Shown: positions 26,130-35,380, counted from the stretch's first letter. The stretch: 64,000 nt of DNA from Dehalococcoidia bacterium (GCA_965215425.1 OZ244064.1:2588095-2652094), one strand, 5' to 3'. Notes: a model not told the origin generated them from the sequence alone. Made by a program: numbers and translations.

Positions 26130-26171
26130 GGGAGGTCGTCCCGGCGTCCCCGCTCGGCGCAACTCCGTCCC

Positions 26172-26217
26172 CCGGCGTCGCTGCGGTGAAAAAGTTTCCT
26201 CTCCGCAGCGACGCCGG
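26172..26217. terminator. Bidirectional hairpin terminator between convergent genes
   Basis: A perfect 15-bp stem, CCGGCGTCGCTGCGG (26172..26186) with CCGCAGCGACGCCGG (26203..26217), encloses an A/T-rich loop. Confidence 0.6.
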
Positions 26218-26223
26218 GATACA

Positions 26224-27552
26224 TTACCCTGTTGCCGCCCCGGAGTGGGCGGCGGGGAGAGAATTATTCCGGTGGGACTGGGCCTCCCGGGTGGTCGGCA
26301 ACGGGCCGGTGGCGGCGTAGTATTTGACCCCGGCTACGATCAACTCCTCGGCCGGGAAGCGGGTTATCACCTGCGGCCCGTCTTTGGTTACCACCACCTC
26401 CTCCTCAATGCGCGCCGCCGACCAGCCGTCGGCGGCCGGCCAGAAAGTTTCCAGGGCGAACACCATTCCCTCCTCAATGGGCTGGGGATGTTCCAGGGAA
26501 AAGAGGCGGCTGAATATGGGCGCCTCCCAGATGTTCAGGCCCACGCCGTGGCCGTACTGCAAAGCAAAGGCCGCCTCCTCGCTGGCGAACCCGAACTCCT
26601 CGGCTTTGGGCCATAGCTTTACGATGTCGGCGGTAGTAATGCCCGGCTTGACGGCGGCGATGGATACGTCCAGAATCTCCCGGCATTTCTTGTAAGCGTC
26701 GATCTGGGGCTGGGAGGCGCTGCCGATAGCCAGAGTGCGGTAGTAACAGGTGCGGTAGCCCATATAGCTGTGCAGAATGTCAAAATACACCTGGTCGCCG
26801 GGGCGAAGGATGCGGTCGGAGTAGATATGGGGGTGGGGGCTGGTGCGCTCGCCGCCGATGGCGTTGACTCCCTCCACGTACTCCGACCCCAATTCGTACA
26901 GCACCTTGTTGACCAGGGCCACGCCATCATTTTCCCGCACCCCGGCCCGCAGTTCCTGGTACAGGACATCATAGGCGGCGTCCACCATAGCGCAGGCGGT
27001 GTTCAACAAGGTGATTTCGTCCTGGGTTTTGATCCGGCGGGCCTCCAGCATCAACTGCTGACCGTCCACCACGTTCAGACCCTCCCGTTGCAGGGCGAAA
27101 AGCACCACCGGCTCCACCACGTCCACCCCGATGGGTTCGTTTTGCAGTCCCCGCAGCTCCAGTTCCATGCGGATTTTCCTGGCCACATCCCCGGCCAGGT
27201 CGGCCCCGGGTGGCGTGGCGCCCCGCAGTGTCGAAATGCCGGCCCGGGAGCGCTTTCCCAGCCAGGGGCAATAGATCTGGTGGTGTCGAGCCGCCGAGCC
27301 GAAATCCCACAGAATCGGCTCGTCATCCTGGGGCAGCAGGGAAAACCGCACCAGCTTGTCCATAGCCCAGGTGCCGATAATGGTGGCAGTCAGGTAGCGG
27401 ATGTTGTTCATATCGAAGGTGAGCAGGGCGCCCAGTTCCGACTCTTTCAAGCGGTTCTTGATGCGGGCCAGCCGCTGGGTGCGCAGCCGCTCAAAATCCA
27501 CCCGCTCCTCCCAGTCCACGCCCATAGTCCCGAAACTCTTTATCTGCGTCAC
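26224..27552 (-). CDS. M24-family metallohydrolase (Xaa-Pro peptidase / creatinase-like)
   Basis: It has a creatinase/prolidase-type N-domain plus a pita-bread C-domain (DILHSYMGYRTCYYRT, YGHGVGLNIWEAP, VFALETF). I prefer the GTG at 27552, preceded by AAGGAG at a 5-nt spacing, over the TTG at 27648. Confidence 0.8.
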   Translation of the reverse strand: MTQIKSFGTMGVDWEERVDFERLRTQRLARIKNRLKESELGALLTFDMNNIRYLTATIIGTWAMDKLVRFSLLPQDDEPILWDFGSAARHHQIYCPWLGKRSRAGISTLRGATPPGADLAGDVARKIRMELELRGLQNEPIGVDVVEPVVLFALQREGLNVVDGQQLMLEARRIKTQDEITLLNTACAMVDAAYDVLYQELRAGVRENDGVALVNKVLYELGSEYVEGVNAIGGERTSPHPHIYSDRILRPGDQVYFDILHSYMGYRTCYYRTLAIGSASQPQIDAYKKCREILDVSIAAVKPGITTADIVKLWPKAEEFGFASEEAAFALQYGHGVGLNIWEAPIFSRLFSLEHPQPIEEGMVFALETFWPAADGWSAARIEEEVVVTKDGPQVITRFPAEELIVAGVKYYAATGPLPTTREAQSHRNNSLPAAHSGAATG

Positions 27553-27724
27553 AAGTTCTCCTTTCCCTTCCGGTATCTTGGCCTTGAGTGAACGAAAAAA
27601 CCCGGAGACCAACCGATCCCTGGCGCTATTATATTGCCGATATGCCAATCTGTCTTACCGACTTTATAATAGGCGGACTTTACCTGACCATACCCGGACC
27701 CAGACTTTTTTGGAGGAGATTGCC

Positions 27725-28153
27725 ATGGCAAAACGATTAGAGGTCATCCATACCGCCGACCGGGACCCGTCGGTTAACTTGCCCTATGCCCCGGCCATCA
27801 AGGTTACCGGAGGTTCCCTGCTATTCCTGGCCGGCGTTACCGCCGCCAAAACCTACCACAACCATCCCCATATCGAGTCGGAGTTCGATGATATACCCGA
27901 TGACGTAGCGGCGCAGACGCGTATGGCCCTGGAAAACGTGAAGGCCGGGCTGGATGCTTGCGGGGCAACCTTCGGCGATGTAGTACAGGTTACCCGGTAT
28001 CTGACCGACATCAATGAGCAAGACCGGCTCAATGAGGTCTGGTGGGAGTATTTCGGCGACCACCGGCCCGGAACGGCGACTATCGAGATTACCCGCCTGG
28101 CCGCGCATCCCAGGCTGAAAGTCGAGCTGTCGGCCATTGCGGTGGTGGACTAG
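27725..28153 (+). CDS. RidA/YjgF/L-PSP family protein
   Basis: A GGAGGAG RBS is present. APAIKVTGGSLLFLAGVTA..., TRYLTDI... and ...ATIEITRLAAHPRLKVELSAIAV give the typical RidA pattern, and the protein is 142 aa. Confidence 0.85.
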   Translation: MAKRLEVIHTADRDPSVNLPYAPAIKVTGGSLLFLAGVTAAKTYHNHPHIESEFDDIPDDVAAQTRMALENVKAGLDACGATFGDVVQVTRYLTDINEQDRLNEVWWEYFGDHRPGTATIEITRLAAHPRLKVELSAIAVVD

Positions 28154-28267
28154 CCGCGAAGCCAACGACGGGGTCAGAAAGAATGTGCCGGAGCTGTAGC
28201 TCGACTTTCCACCGGCCCTGGCGCTTCACCCCGGGGAGCCGGCCGGAAGTGAGGACGAAAGTCTCAA

Positions 28268-28296
28268 TTGACAGCTACCCGGCCCATAGATAGAAT
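28268..28296 (+). promoter_or_regulatory. Sigma-70-type promoter (TTGACA-17 nt-TAGAAT) for the gentisate dioxygenase gene
   Basis: The -35 lies at 28268..28273 and the -10 at 28291..28296, about 37 nt upstream of the ATG at 28333. Confidence 0.5.
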
Positions 28297-28332
28297 CAGC
28301 CCAAACCAAGTCTGGATTGCGGAGGAACGGCT

Positions 28333-29415
28333 ATGGCTACGTTGCTGGGAAGGGTGAGTCCGGAAGAGGAAGAACGTTTTTATGCGGGAACCGAGGCGGC
28401 GGGTCTGCGGGCGGCCTGGATGGGCCGACGTTTGGAACGTAAGCCCAGGGTCGTGCCCTTTGCCTGGCGCTGGGCCGATGCCAGGCCGCTGGTGTTGCGT
28501 AGCGGCGATATTGTAACCCCGGATCGGGACGTGGAACGGCGGGTGCTGCGGCTGGCTAATCCCGGCCTGGACCATGGCACTACCCATACTATTTCGGCGG
28601 CCCTGCAACTCCTGTTGCCCGGGGAAAACGCCCCGGCTCACCGGCACACGCCAACGGCCATTCGCTGGGTGTTGCAGGGGCAGGGGGCCTATACCACCGT
28701 TGAGGGCGATAAGTGCTACATGGAGCCGGGCGACTTGGTGCTTACCCCATCGTGGACCTGGCATGACCATAACAACGAAGGCAGCGAGCCGATGATTTGG
28801 CTGGACGGGTTGGATACCCCCCTGGTGAACAACCTGGAAGCGACTTTTTACGAACAGTTTCCCGAAGACCAGCAGCCGATTATCGGCGTTGGCGAGTCCG
28901 AGCGGAAGTACGCCTCGGGCGCGCTCCGTCCGGCTTGGGAGGCCCACAACACTCCCTACTCCCCCCTGTGGCATTACAAGTGGGAGCGGACTCACGCCGC
29001 CCTGCGCAGCCTGGCCGAGGTTGAAGCCAGCCCCTTCGATGACGTAGCGATGGAGTTCTCGGACCCGGCCACTGGCGGCCCGGTGCTGCGGACGATGGCC
29101 TGCTGGATTCAGTTGATTCGGCCCGGCGTGAACACCAAGGCCCACCGCCACACCAGCAGCGCGGTTTACCAGGTTTTCCGGGGCCAGGGCCACAGTGTAA
29201 TCAATGGACAGCGGTTCGATTGGGGCGAGGGCGATTTCCTGGTAGTGCCTTCTTGGGCCTGGCACGAACACGCCAATGACACTGATGGGGAAGCCATCCT
29301 TTTCTCCATACAGGACATTCCGGTTATGAAGTCCCTCTCCCTGTACCGGGAAGAGCCGTATGCCGAAAACGCCGGCCACCAGGAGGTTACCGCTCACTTT
29401 GCGGGCGAGAGCTAA
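28333..29415 (+). CDS. Gentisate 1,2-dioxygenase-like bicupin
   Basis: There are two cupin modules: LLLPGENAPAHRHTPTAIRWVLQGQGAYTTVEG...GDLVLTPSWTWHDH and IRPGVNTKAHRHTSSAVYQVFRGQG. Confidence 0.85.
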   Translation: MATLLGRVSPEEEERFYAGTEAAGLRAAWMGRRLERKPRVVPFAWRWADARPLVLRSGDIVTPDRDVERRVLRLANPGLDHGTTHTISAALQLLLPGENAPAHRHTPTAIRWVLQGQGAYTTVEGDKCYMEPGDLVLTPSWTWHDHNNEGSEPMIWLDGLDTPLVNNLEATFYEQFPEDQQPIIGVGESERKYASGALRPAWEAHNTPYSPLWHYKWERTHAALRSLAEVEASPFDDVAMEFSDPATGGPVLRTMACWIQLIRPGVNTKAHRHTSSAVYQVFRGQGHSVINGQRFDWGEGDFLVVPSWAWHEHANDTDGEAILFSIQDIPVMKSLSLYREEPYAENAGHQEVTAHFAGES

Positions 29416-29468
29416 CTTGCCGGCGCGCCGGCTTGGCCGTTGGTAGCCGCCAGCCAATAACCGGAAAC

Positions 29469-29504
29469 GAACCGCCCCGCCGACTATAGTCGGCGGGGCG
29501 GTTC
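29469..29504. terminator. Bidirectional hairpin terminator
   Basis: A perfect 16-bp stem, GAACCGCCCCGCCGAC with GTCGGCGGGGCGGTTC, has a TATA loop and sits between convergent genes. Confidence 0.65.
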
Positions 29505-29597
29505 CTTGGGGCGAGATCATAGTGCGACCGCCGGGGTTAGGCCGTATGCGGCAGACCTGCCGCACGGGCCGCCGGAAATCATATTCGGCCGCCGGGG

Positions 29598-30647
29598 TTA
29601 GGGCTTGAACAGGGCAACGCATTTGTTAGAGTTGAAGATGTAAGTTTCCACGTAGTCAACAATCTCCGGCTTGTGGCCCAGTTCCTGCATTGCTCCGGCA
29701 ATGCACATCCAGTTAAGCAGTTCCTGCTGCCCGGCGTCCTCAATCTGCTCGGTGGAAATCCGGCTCCACGCCGCATAATCTCCGTCGCGCAACTCCTCGA
29801 ACCGAGCCCGATCCGAAGGCACGTCCGGGTAGAGGAAGTGATTCTTTTCGGCCAGGAAGGCGTGGGACCAACTGGAAGAGCCGACCAATGCCACCCGCCA
29901 GGGGCTTTCCTTTAAGACCCGGGCCACGGCCGCGCCCACTTCCATGCACCGCTTGGGCGATGGGCCGGGCGGGTCAAGTTCCGCTTCGTACTGAATGGAG
30001 CCGCCCCGGTTGCGTACTACCTTGCTGCCGTAGCAGTTCACCAGGAAGGGAACCACCGGATAGTCAAACCCCTTCCGGTCATAATCCAGGTAGAGTAGGG
30101 TATTGAGGATGGCATGGCCCAGCCCGCCCTTTTCGTGCAGGGGCTTGTAGGCGTAGGACATATCAATCCCTTGCTCCAGCAGCCCCCGAACCAGACTGCG
30201 GGCCGCCGGCCGGTTGCCGGCGTACTTGAAGATCTTGTCCGCCGGCTCACCCCAGACGTTGCTGCGGGCGCTGCCGTCGCGGGCAGTGAAGGGCTGGCAC
30301 TCCATCTCGTCGTAGGCCAGGACGCAGAAAGGCGGGATGATGTCTTCCTTGAAGTTCTCGTACTGGTCGTCGCCCCAGATCAGGACAAAGTCCGGCTGGA
30401 AGGCGTCAATCTCTTCGCGCAGTTTGCGAAACCCGTTTACCAGCCGCTCGCGGGCCTTCCGGGCCGAGGCCAAGCCTTCATCCTCGCCGTACTCGATACG
30501 CATCGGCTCGGGCCAGTTGGTGGGGAGCCTCAACTCCGCGGGCAGCTTGTCGCTGCGCAGGCTGCGCGTTATGGAGAAGTCCATTTCCTCGTCGGGTTTG
30601 ATTAGCGATGGGGAATGAGTCAGACCAACACCAATCATTTCTGCCAT
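29598..30647 (-). CDS. Class III (LigB-type) extradiol ring-cleavage dioxygenase family protein
   Basis: MAEMIGVGLTHSPSL, FVLIWGDDQYENF and LVGSSSWSHAF fit the LigB-family pattern. The ATG at 30647 is preceded by a GGGAGG RBS, and the upstream 74 codons in the track are unlikely. Confidence 0.75.
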   Translation of the reverse strand: MAEMIGVGLTHSPSLIKPDEEMDFSITRSLRSDKLPAELRLPTNWPEPMRIEYGEDEGLASARKARERLVNGFRKLREEIDAFQPDFVLIWGDDQYENFKEDIIPPFCVLAYDEMECQPFTARDGSARSNVWGEPADKIFKYAGNRPAARSLVRGLLEQGIDMSYAYKPLHEKGGLGHAILNTLLYLDYDRKGFDYPVVPFLVNCYGSKVVRNRGGSIQYEAELDPPGPSPKRCMEVGAAVARVLKESPWRVALVGSSSWSHAFLAEKNHFLYPDVPSDRARFEELRDGDYAAWSRISTEQIEDAGQQELLNWMCIAGAMQELGHKPEIVDYVETYIFNSNKCVALFKP

Positions 30648-30831
30648 TTTGTGCCTCCCGATACATTGGATTGGGAATTTGCGTTGATTCGTGTGTTGCT
30701 TCGCGTTGAAAGTAATTATACCCGTTTTTAGGGGAATGGGTAGTATCGCTACCGCAGCTCTACCCGAGCGGCGCCGCTCGGGTGGGATTAAACCGTAAGG
30801 GCGCAGCGAGGGTAGAGCTGTGAAGGCCCCC

Positions 30832-30860
30832 TTGTCATTAACTTTGCCTGAAGGTATCAT
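30832..30860 (+). promoter_or_regulatory. Sigma-70-type promoter (TTGTCA-17 nt-TATCAT) for the TPP-enzyme gene
   Basis: Direct reading places it about 45 nt upstream of the ATG at 30906. Confidence 0.45.
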
Positions 30861-30905
30861 CCGGTACAATACTCGCTCCGATTACCGGCTTGGGGAGGTA
30901 AAGCA

Positions 30906-32582
30906 ATGCCAAGGATGACCGGCGCCCGATTTTTGGTAGAAACAATGCAAGCCTATGGTGTAACGCACGCCTTTTATATGCCGATGATCGTTACCCGAGC
31001 CCTGGTGGAGATGGAACGGGTGGGCATTGGCCGCATTATGGCCCACAGCGAGAAGGCCGCCGCCTACATGGCCGACGGCTATGCCCGCGCCGCCGGCCGA
31101 CCTTCGGTGTGTATGGCCCAGAACGTGGGAGCGGCCAACTTGGCCGCCGGGTTGCAGGACCCCTTCCTGGGCGGGTCTCCGGTAGTTGCCCTGACCGGCC
31201 GGGGCGCGCCCATGCAGCAGTACCGCAACTACTACCAGGAAGTTGACCACGTGCAGCCCTTCAACGCGGTTACCAAGTTTAACGCCCTGGTGGACAGCGT
31301 CGAGCAGTTGCCCGGCCTGCTGCGGCAAGCCTTTCGGGAGGCTACGTCCGGCGCTCCCGGGCCGGTTCATCTGGACCTGCAAGGTTCTTCGGGTAATGTT
31401 ATCATTGACGCCGAAGCCGACCTGGAGGTGATTGCAGAGGCCCCCTTTACCCATGTACCGCCCTTCCGCGGCGAGCCGGAAACGGAAATGGTGCGGTCTG
31501 CGGCCCGGGCCTTGTCCGCGGCGCGACGGCCGGTAATCGTCGCCGGCGGCGGAATCGTTTCCTCCCAGGCCCAGCGGGAGTTGGTGGAGCTGGCCGAGAT
31601 GCTGTCCATTCCGGTAGCCACATCCCTTAACGCCAAGGGCGCCATCCCCGACGACCATCCCCTCGCAGTGGGCGTCTGCGGCACCTATTCCCGCTGGTGC
31701 GCCAACCGGGTGGTAGCCGAGGCCGACCTGGTTTTCTTCGCCGGCAGTCACACCGGTAGCCAGGTAACCACCGAGTGGCAGATTCCCCGCCCTGGCACCC
31801 CGGTTATCCAGTTGGACATAGACCCGAAAGAACTGGGCCGCAGCTATCCGATCCAGGTAGGATTGCAGGGCGATGCCCGGGCTTCCCTGCGCAAGTTGAT
31901 CGAACATCTTGAACCCCTGGGGCCGCGGGGCGAGTGGGTAGGTCGGGCGCAAGAGTTGGTGCGGGAGTGGCGGGCGGAAGTGGCGCCCCTGGCTAACTCC
32001 GACGCGGCGCCGATGCGCCCGGAGCGTCTCTGCAAGGAAATCACCGACTACTTGCCGGACGACGCCGTATTGCTCTCCGATACCGGCCACTCCGGTATCT
32101 GGACCGGGACTATGGTGGACCTGAACCACCCGGACCAACGCTATCTCCGCTGCGCCGGTTCCCTGGGCTGGGCCTTTCCGGCGGCCCTGGGCGCCAAGTG
32201 CGCCGTTCCCGACCGCCCGGTGGTCTGTTTCACCGGCGACGGCGGTTTCTGGTATCACCTGAGCGAGGTGGAAACGGCAGTGCGTTACGGTATCAACACG
32301 GTTACTGTGGTAAACAACAACCACTCCCTGAACCAGGAAAAGCGGGGCAACGAGCGGGCTTACGACAGCGTCGGGGTTACCGGCAACGTGGACGAGTTGT
32401 GGGTGTTTCCCGATACCAACTTCGCCAGGCTGGCCGAGGACATGGGCGGCTTTGGCATTCGGGTGGAGCGTCCCGAGGACTTGCGGGGCGCCCTGGAACA
32501 AGCCGCCGCCGCCGGCAAGCCGGCGGTAGTTGACGTGGTTACTGACATTGAGGGAATCGCCCCTCGCGCCTGGGTAGGTTAG
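30906..32582 (+). CDS. Thiamine-pyrophosphate-dependent enzyme (acetolactate-synthase-like superfamily, function unassigned)
   Basis: It has the three-domain TPP architecture, with the TPP-binding motif GDGGFWYHLSEVETAVRYGINTVTVVNNN. Confidence 0.85.
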   Translation: MPRMTGARFLVETMQAYGVTHAFYMPMIVTRALVEMERVGIGRIMAHSEKAAAYMADGYARAAGRPSVCMAQNVGAANLAAGLQDPFLGGSPVVALTGRGAPMQQYRNYYQEVDHVQPFNAVTKFNALVDSVEQLPGLLRQAFREATSGAPGPVHLDLQGSSGNVIIDAEADLEVIAEAPFTHVPPFRGEPETEMVRSAARALSAARRPVIVAGGGIVSSQAQRELVELAEMLSIPVATSLNAKGAIPDDHPLAVGVCGTYSRWCANRVVAEADLVFFAGSHTGSQVTTEWQIPRPGTPVIQLDIDPKELGRSYPIQVGLQGDARASLRKLIEHLEPLGPRGEWVGRAQELVREWRAEVAPLANSDAAPMRPERLCKEITDYLPDDAVLLSDTGHSGIWTGTMVDLNHPDQRYLRCAGSLGWAFPAALGAKCAVPDRPVVCFTGDGGFWYHLSEVETAVRYGINTVTVVNNNHSLNQEKRGNERAYDSVGVTGNVDELWVFPDTNFARLAEDMGGFGIRVERPEDLRGALEQAAAAGKPAVVDVVTDIEGIAPRAWVG

Positions 32583-32643
32583 TCGGATTTTCTGTACAGT
32601 CGGAGGGTAAAATGGAATCGCCCCTCGCGCCTGGGCAGGTTAG
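32553..32643. repeat. Repeat-spacer-repeat unit: 30-nt direct repeat GGAATCGCCCCTCGCGCCTGGG(T/C)AGGTTAG separated by 31 nt, period 61. The first copy is the last 30 nt of the TPP-enzyme gene, including its stop codon.
   Basis: The copies lie at 32553..32582 and 32614..32643 and match at 29 of 30 positions. The spacer TCGGATTTTCTGTACAGTCGGAGGGTAAAAT is noticeably AT-richer than its surroundings. Confidence 0.85.
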
Positions 32644-32732
32644 CCCCGGTTAACCCAGCCCCGATTAACCTGATCCCCCGGCGTCAGTTGCTATACTGAC
32701 CCGGTAATGCCGAAACCTCGGGAGGGCGAAAC

Positions 32733-34136
32733 ATGGCGAATAGCGAACTGGCGTTGCTGGCGCACCTGCTCCGCCGGGCCGGCTTTGGCGCTACCCGCGC
32801 TGAACTGGAAGGCTGGGTTGCTCAGGGTTATGCGGCGACGGTAGAGCAACTGCTGCACCCGGAACTGGCCCCAACGTTGGATGAAGACGTGCTGCGCCGC
32901 TATCATATCGACCAGAACAGCCTGATGCTGATTGAAAGCTCCCAGGCTTACTGGCTGTACCGCATCATCAACACGCAGCGGCCTTTGGAAGAGAAGATGG
33001 CCCTGTTCTGGCACGGGTTGTTCGCCACCGCCTACGGGAAGCTGAACCACGCCAAGGCCGTCGTGAACCAGACCAATACCTTCCGCCGCTGTGGGCTGGG
33101 CGACTTCCGAACATTGCTGCTGGAACTTTCCCGCGACCCGGCCATGATTTTCTGGTTGGACAACAAGGACAACCACAAGGATGCGCCCAACGAAAACTAC
33201 GGGCGGGAACTGTTGGAGCTGTTTTCCATGGGCATTGGCAACTACACGGAAGCTGACGTGAAGGCGTGCGCCCGGGCCTTCACCGGCTGGACTATCGCCA
33301 ACGCCGATTATATGAGCATTCGCGCCTCCCGGGATTCCATTTGGCCCCATGGCCGTCTGGATTGGCAGTTTGTATATCGGCCCGAGGACCACGACGACGG
33401 CCTCAAGACTTTCCTCGGTCAAACCGGCCCCTTCAACGGGGAGGATGTCATTGACATAATTTGCCGGCAGCCCGCCACGGCATGGTTCGTCGCGTCCAGG
33501 CTGTACGGTTTCTTCGTTTCCGACACGCCGGATGAGGCCTCAATCCAGCATTTGGCAGACCGGTTCCGGGAAACCGATGGCGACATTCGCGCCGTGCTGC
33601 GCACCCTGTTTCTGTCCGACTTTTTCCGTTCCGAAGCGGTCCGCCTGGCCCGGGTCAAGAGTCCGGCCGAACTGGTGGCCGGTACGGCGCGGCTGGCCGG
33701 CAGCCACTGCTTCCCGGAATGGAGCATCGTCAACCTGGCGATGGACGTTAATTTTATGGGCCAGGAGATACTCAATCCCCCGACCGTCGAGGGTTGGCAC
33801 ACCGGCCGGGAATGGATTGACACTGGCAGCCTGGTGGAGCGGGTGAACGCAGCCGCCCTGGAAATGGGCGACATAACTCAACCCGGGGTTCAGGCAATCC
33901 TGGAACGGGTAAAAATGGTGGGCGACGCCTTGACCCCGGAGCAATTCGTGAACGCCTGCCTGGAGTCCCTCAGCCAGTTTGAGGTAACGGAAACTACCCG
34001 CCAAAGCCTGGTTGCCCATGCCCGACAGCAGGGGAACCTGGTATTTGACCGTCGCGGCGCTACCGAATGTTCGGAGCAGCGGGTAGCGGAAATGCTCCAG
34101 CTTATCGTCGCCACCCGCGAGTACCAACTGGCGTAG
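32733..34136 (+). CDS. DUF1800 family protein
   Basis: LLAHLLRRAGFGATRAELE..., ...FWHGLFAT... and ...NENYGRELLELFSMGIGNYTEADV... form the characteristic DUF1800 pattern. Confidence 0.8.
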   Translation: MANSELALLAHLLRRAGFGATRAELEGWVAQGYAATVEQLLHPELAPTLDEDVLRRYHIDQNSLMLIESSQAYWLYRIINTQRPLEEKMALFWHGLFATAYGKLNHAKAVVNQTNTFRRCGLGDFRTLLLELSRDPAMIFWLDNKDNHKDAPNENYGRELLELFSMGIGNYTEADVKACARAFTGWTIANADYMSIRASRDSIWPHGRLDWQFVYRPEDHDDGLKTFLGQTGPFNGEDVIDIICRQPATAWFVASRLYGFFVSDTPDEASIQHLADRFRETDGDIRAVLRTLFLSDFFRSEAVRLARVKSPAELVAGTARLAGSHCFPEWSIVNLAMDVNFMGQEILNPPTVEGWHTGREWIDTGSLVERVNAAALEMGDITQPGVQAILERVKMVGDALTPEQFVNACLESLSQFEVTETTRQSLVAHARQQGNLVFDRRGATECSEQRVAEMLQLIVATREYQLA

Positions 34137-34281
34137 CCCGTCGCTTCCGGCGGTTCGGCCAGCGTCAAGGGTACGACGAATGTTGCGGACGGATGTTGAC
34201 CGCCGCCTCCCTTCCTCCCGCATATGGGACGGGTATAGCGTCGAGAGTATGAATGTTGCGGACGAGTGTTGAGGGCTGCTG

Positions 34282-35319
34282 ATGACTACCGCCACATCCC
34301 TTCAATACAGCCATACGGTAGGGTTCATGGCAAATCAGGGACGGGGTTTCAACAACCCGGTGGACTTGGCCCTGGATAGTGCCGGCACGCTCTACGTGCT
34401 GAACCGGGCCGGGCCGGAGCTGGGCGTCCGGCTGCCCTACAAGCGGGTTACCGTCTGCACCGCGACCGAGGATTACCTGGGAGAGTTTGGCACGGGCGGT
34501 ACGGCGGACGGTGAATTCTGGTGGCCCAGTTCCCTGGCCTTTGACGCTGACGACCGGCTCTACGTGGCCGACGAAGCGCTCAACCGGATCTCCATATTTA
34601 ACCGGGACGGCGACTTCCTGGGCAAGTGGGGTGTGGCCGGGACCGCCCCGGGGGAATTGGCCCGGCCCTCCTTTATTGCCTTTGACGGGCCGGACAACCT
34701 GCTGATTGCCGACAGCCTGAACCACCGGGTTCAAAAATTCACCCGGGAAGGCCAATACCTGACCCATTGGGGAGGGTATGGCGACGCCCCCGGCCGATTC
34801 AATATGCCCTGGGGCCTGGCCCTAGACGTTCAGGGCAACATCTATGTGTCCGACTGGCGAAACGACCGGGTCCAGAAGTTTGACGCCGACGGGGCCTTCC
34901 TGTCCGTCTTCGGCGCCACCGGCAACGGAGACGGACAGTTTTACCGTCCCGCGGGCTTGGCGGTGGATCTCCGGGGCAACCTCATCGTGGCTGACTGGGG
35001 CAACGAGCGGGTGCAGGTATTAGACCGAGAGGGCAACTTTGTCGCCGCCGTCCGGGGCGATTCCGGCTCCTCCCGGTGGGCCGAGGACTACTTTACCGCC
35101 AACCCGGACGAGGCCGCGGCACGCCAGCAAGCCAGCCTGGAACCGGAAATAGCCCCCCGCCCGGAATACGACGCCCACCGGGGATACGAGTGGGAGCGCT
35201 CGGCCAATGTGGAAAAGCTGCTTTGGGGGCCGACCTCCGTCAAGGTGGACGCTGCCGGCCGTATCTATATCGTGGACAGCCTGCGCCACCGCCTCCAGAT
35301 TTACCACCGTCCCGGCTAA
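34282..35319 (+). CDS. NHL-repeat beta-propeller protein
   Basis: The motif (F/L)xxPxG(L/I)A(V/F)Dxxgn(l/i)yV(A/S)Dxxn(h/d)R(V/I)Q(k/v)F recurs six times. Confidence 0.85.
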   Translation: MTTATSLQYSHTVGFMANQGRGFNNPVDLALDSAGTLYVLNRAGPELGVRLPYKRVTVCTATEDYLGEFGTGGTADGEFWWPSSLAFDADDRLYVADEALNRISIFNRDGDFLGKWGVAGTAPGELARPSFIAFDGPDNLLIADSLNHRVQKFTREGQYLTHWGGYGDAPGRFNMPWGLALDVQGNIYVSDWRNDRVQKFDADGAFLSVFGATGNGDGQFYRPAGLAVDLRGNLIVADWGNERVQVLDREGNFVAAVRGDSGSSRWAEDYFTANPDEAAARQQASLEPEIAPRPEYDAHRGYEWERSANVEKLLWGPTSVKVDAAGRIYIVDSLRHRLQIYHRPG

Positions 35320-35355
35320 CGCCCGTCCCGGCTAACGCCCGTCCCGGCTAACGCC
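35308..35355. repeat. Tandem 16-mer CGTCCCGGCTAACGCC x3, the first copy containing the NHL gene stop codon
   Basis: Three perfect copies lie at 35308..35323, 35324..35339 and 35340..35355. Confidence 0.9.
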
Positions 35356-35380
35356 TGGAGCCCGATGCGGGATTCCCGCG

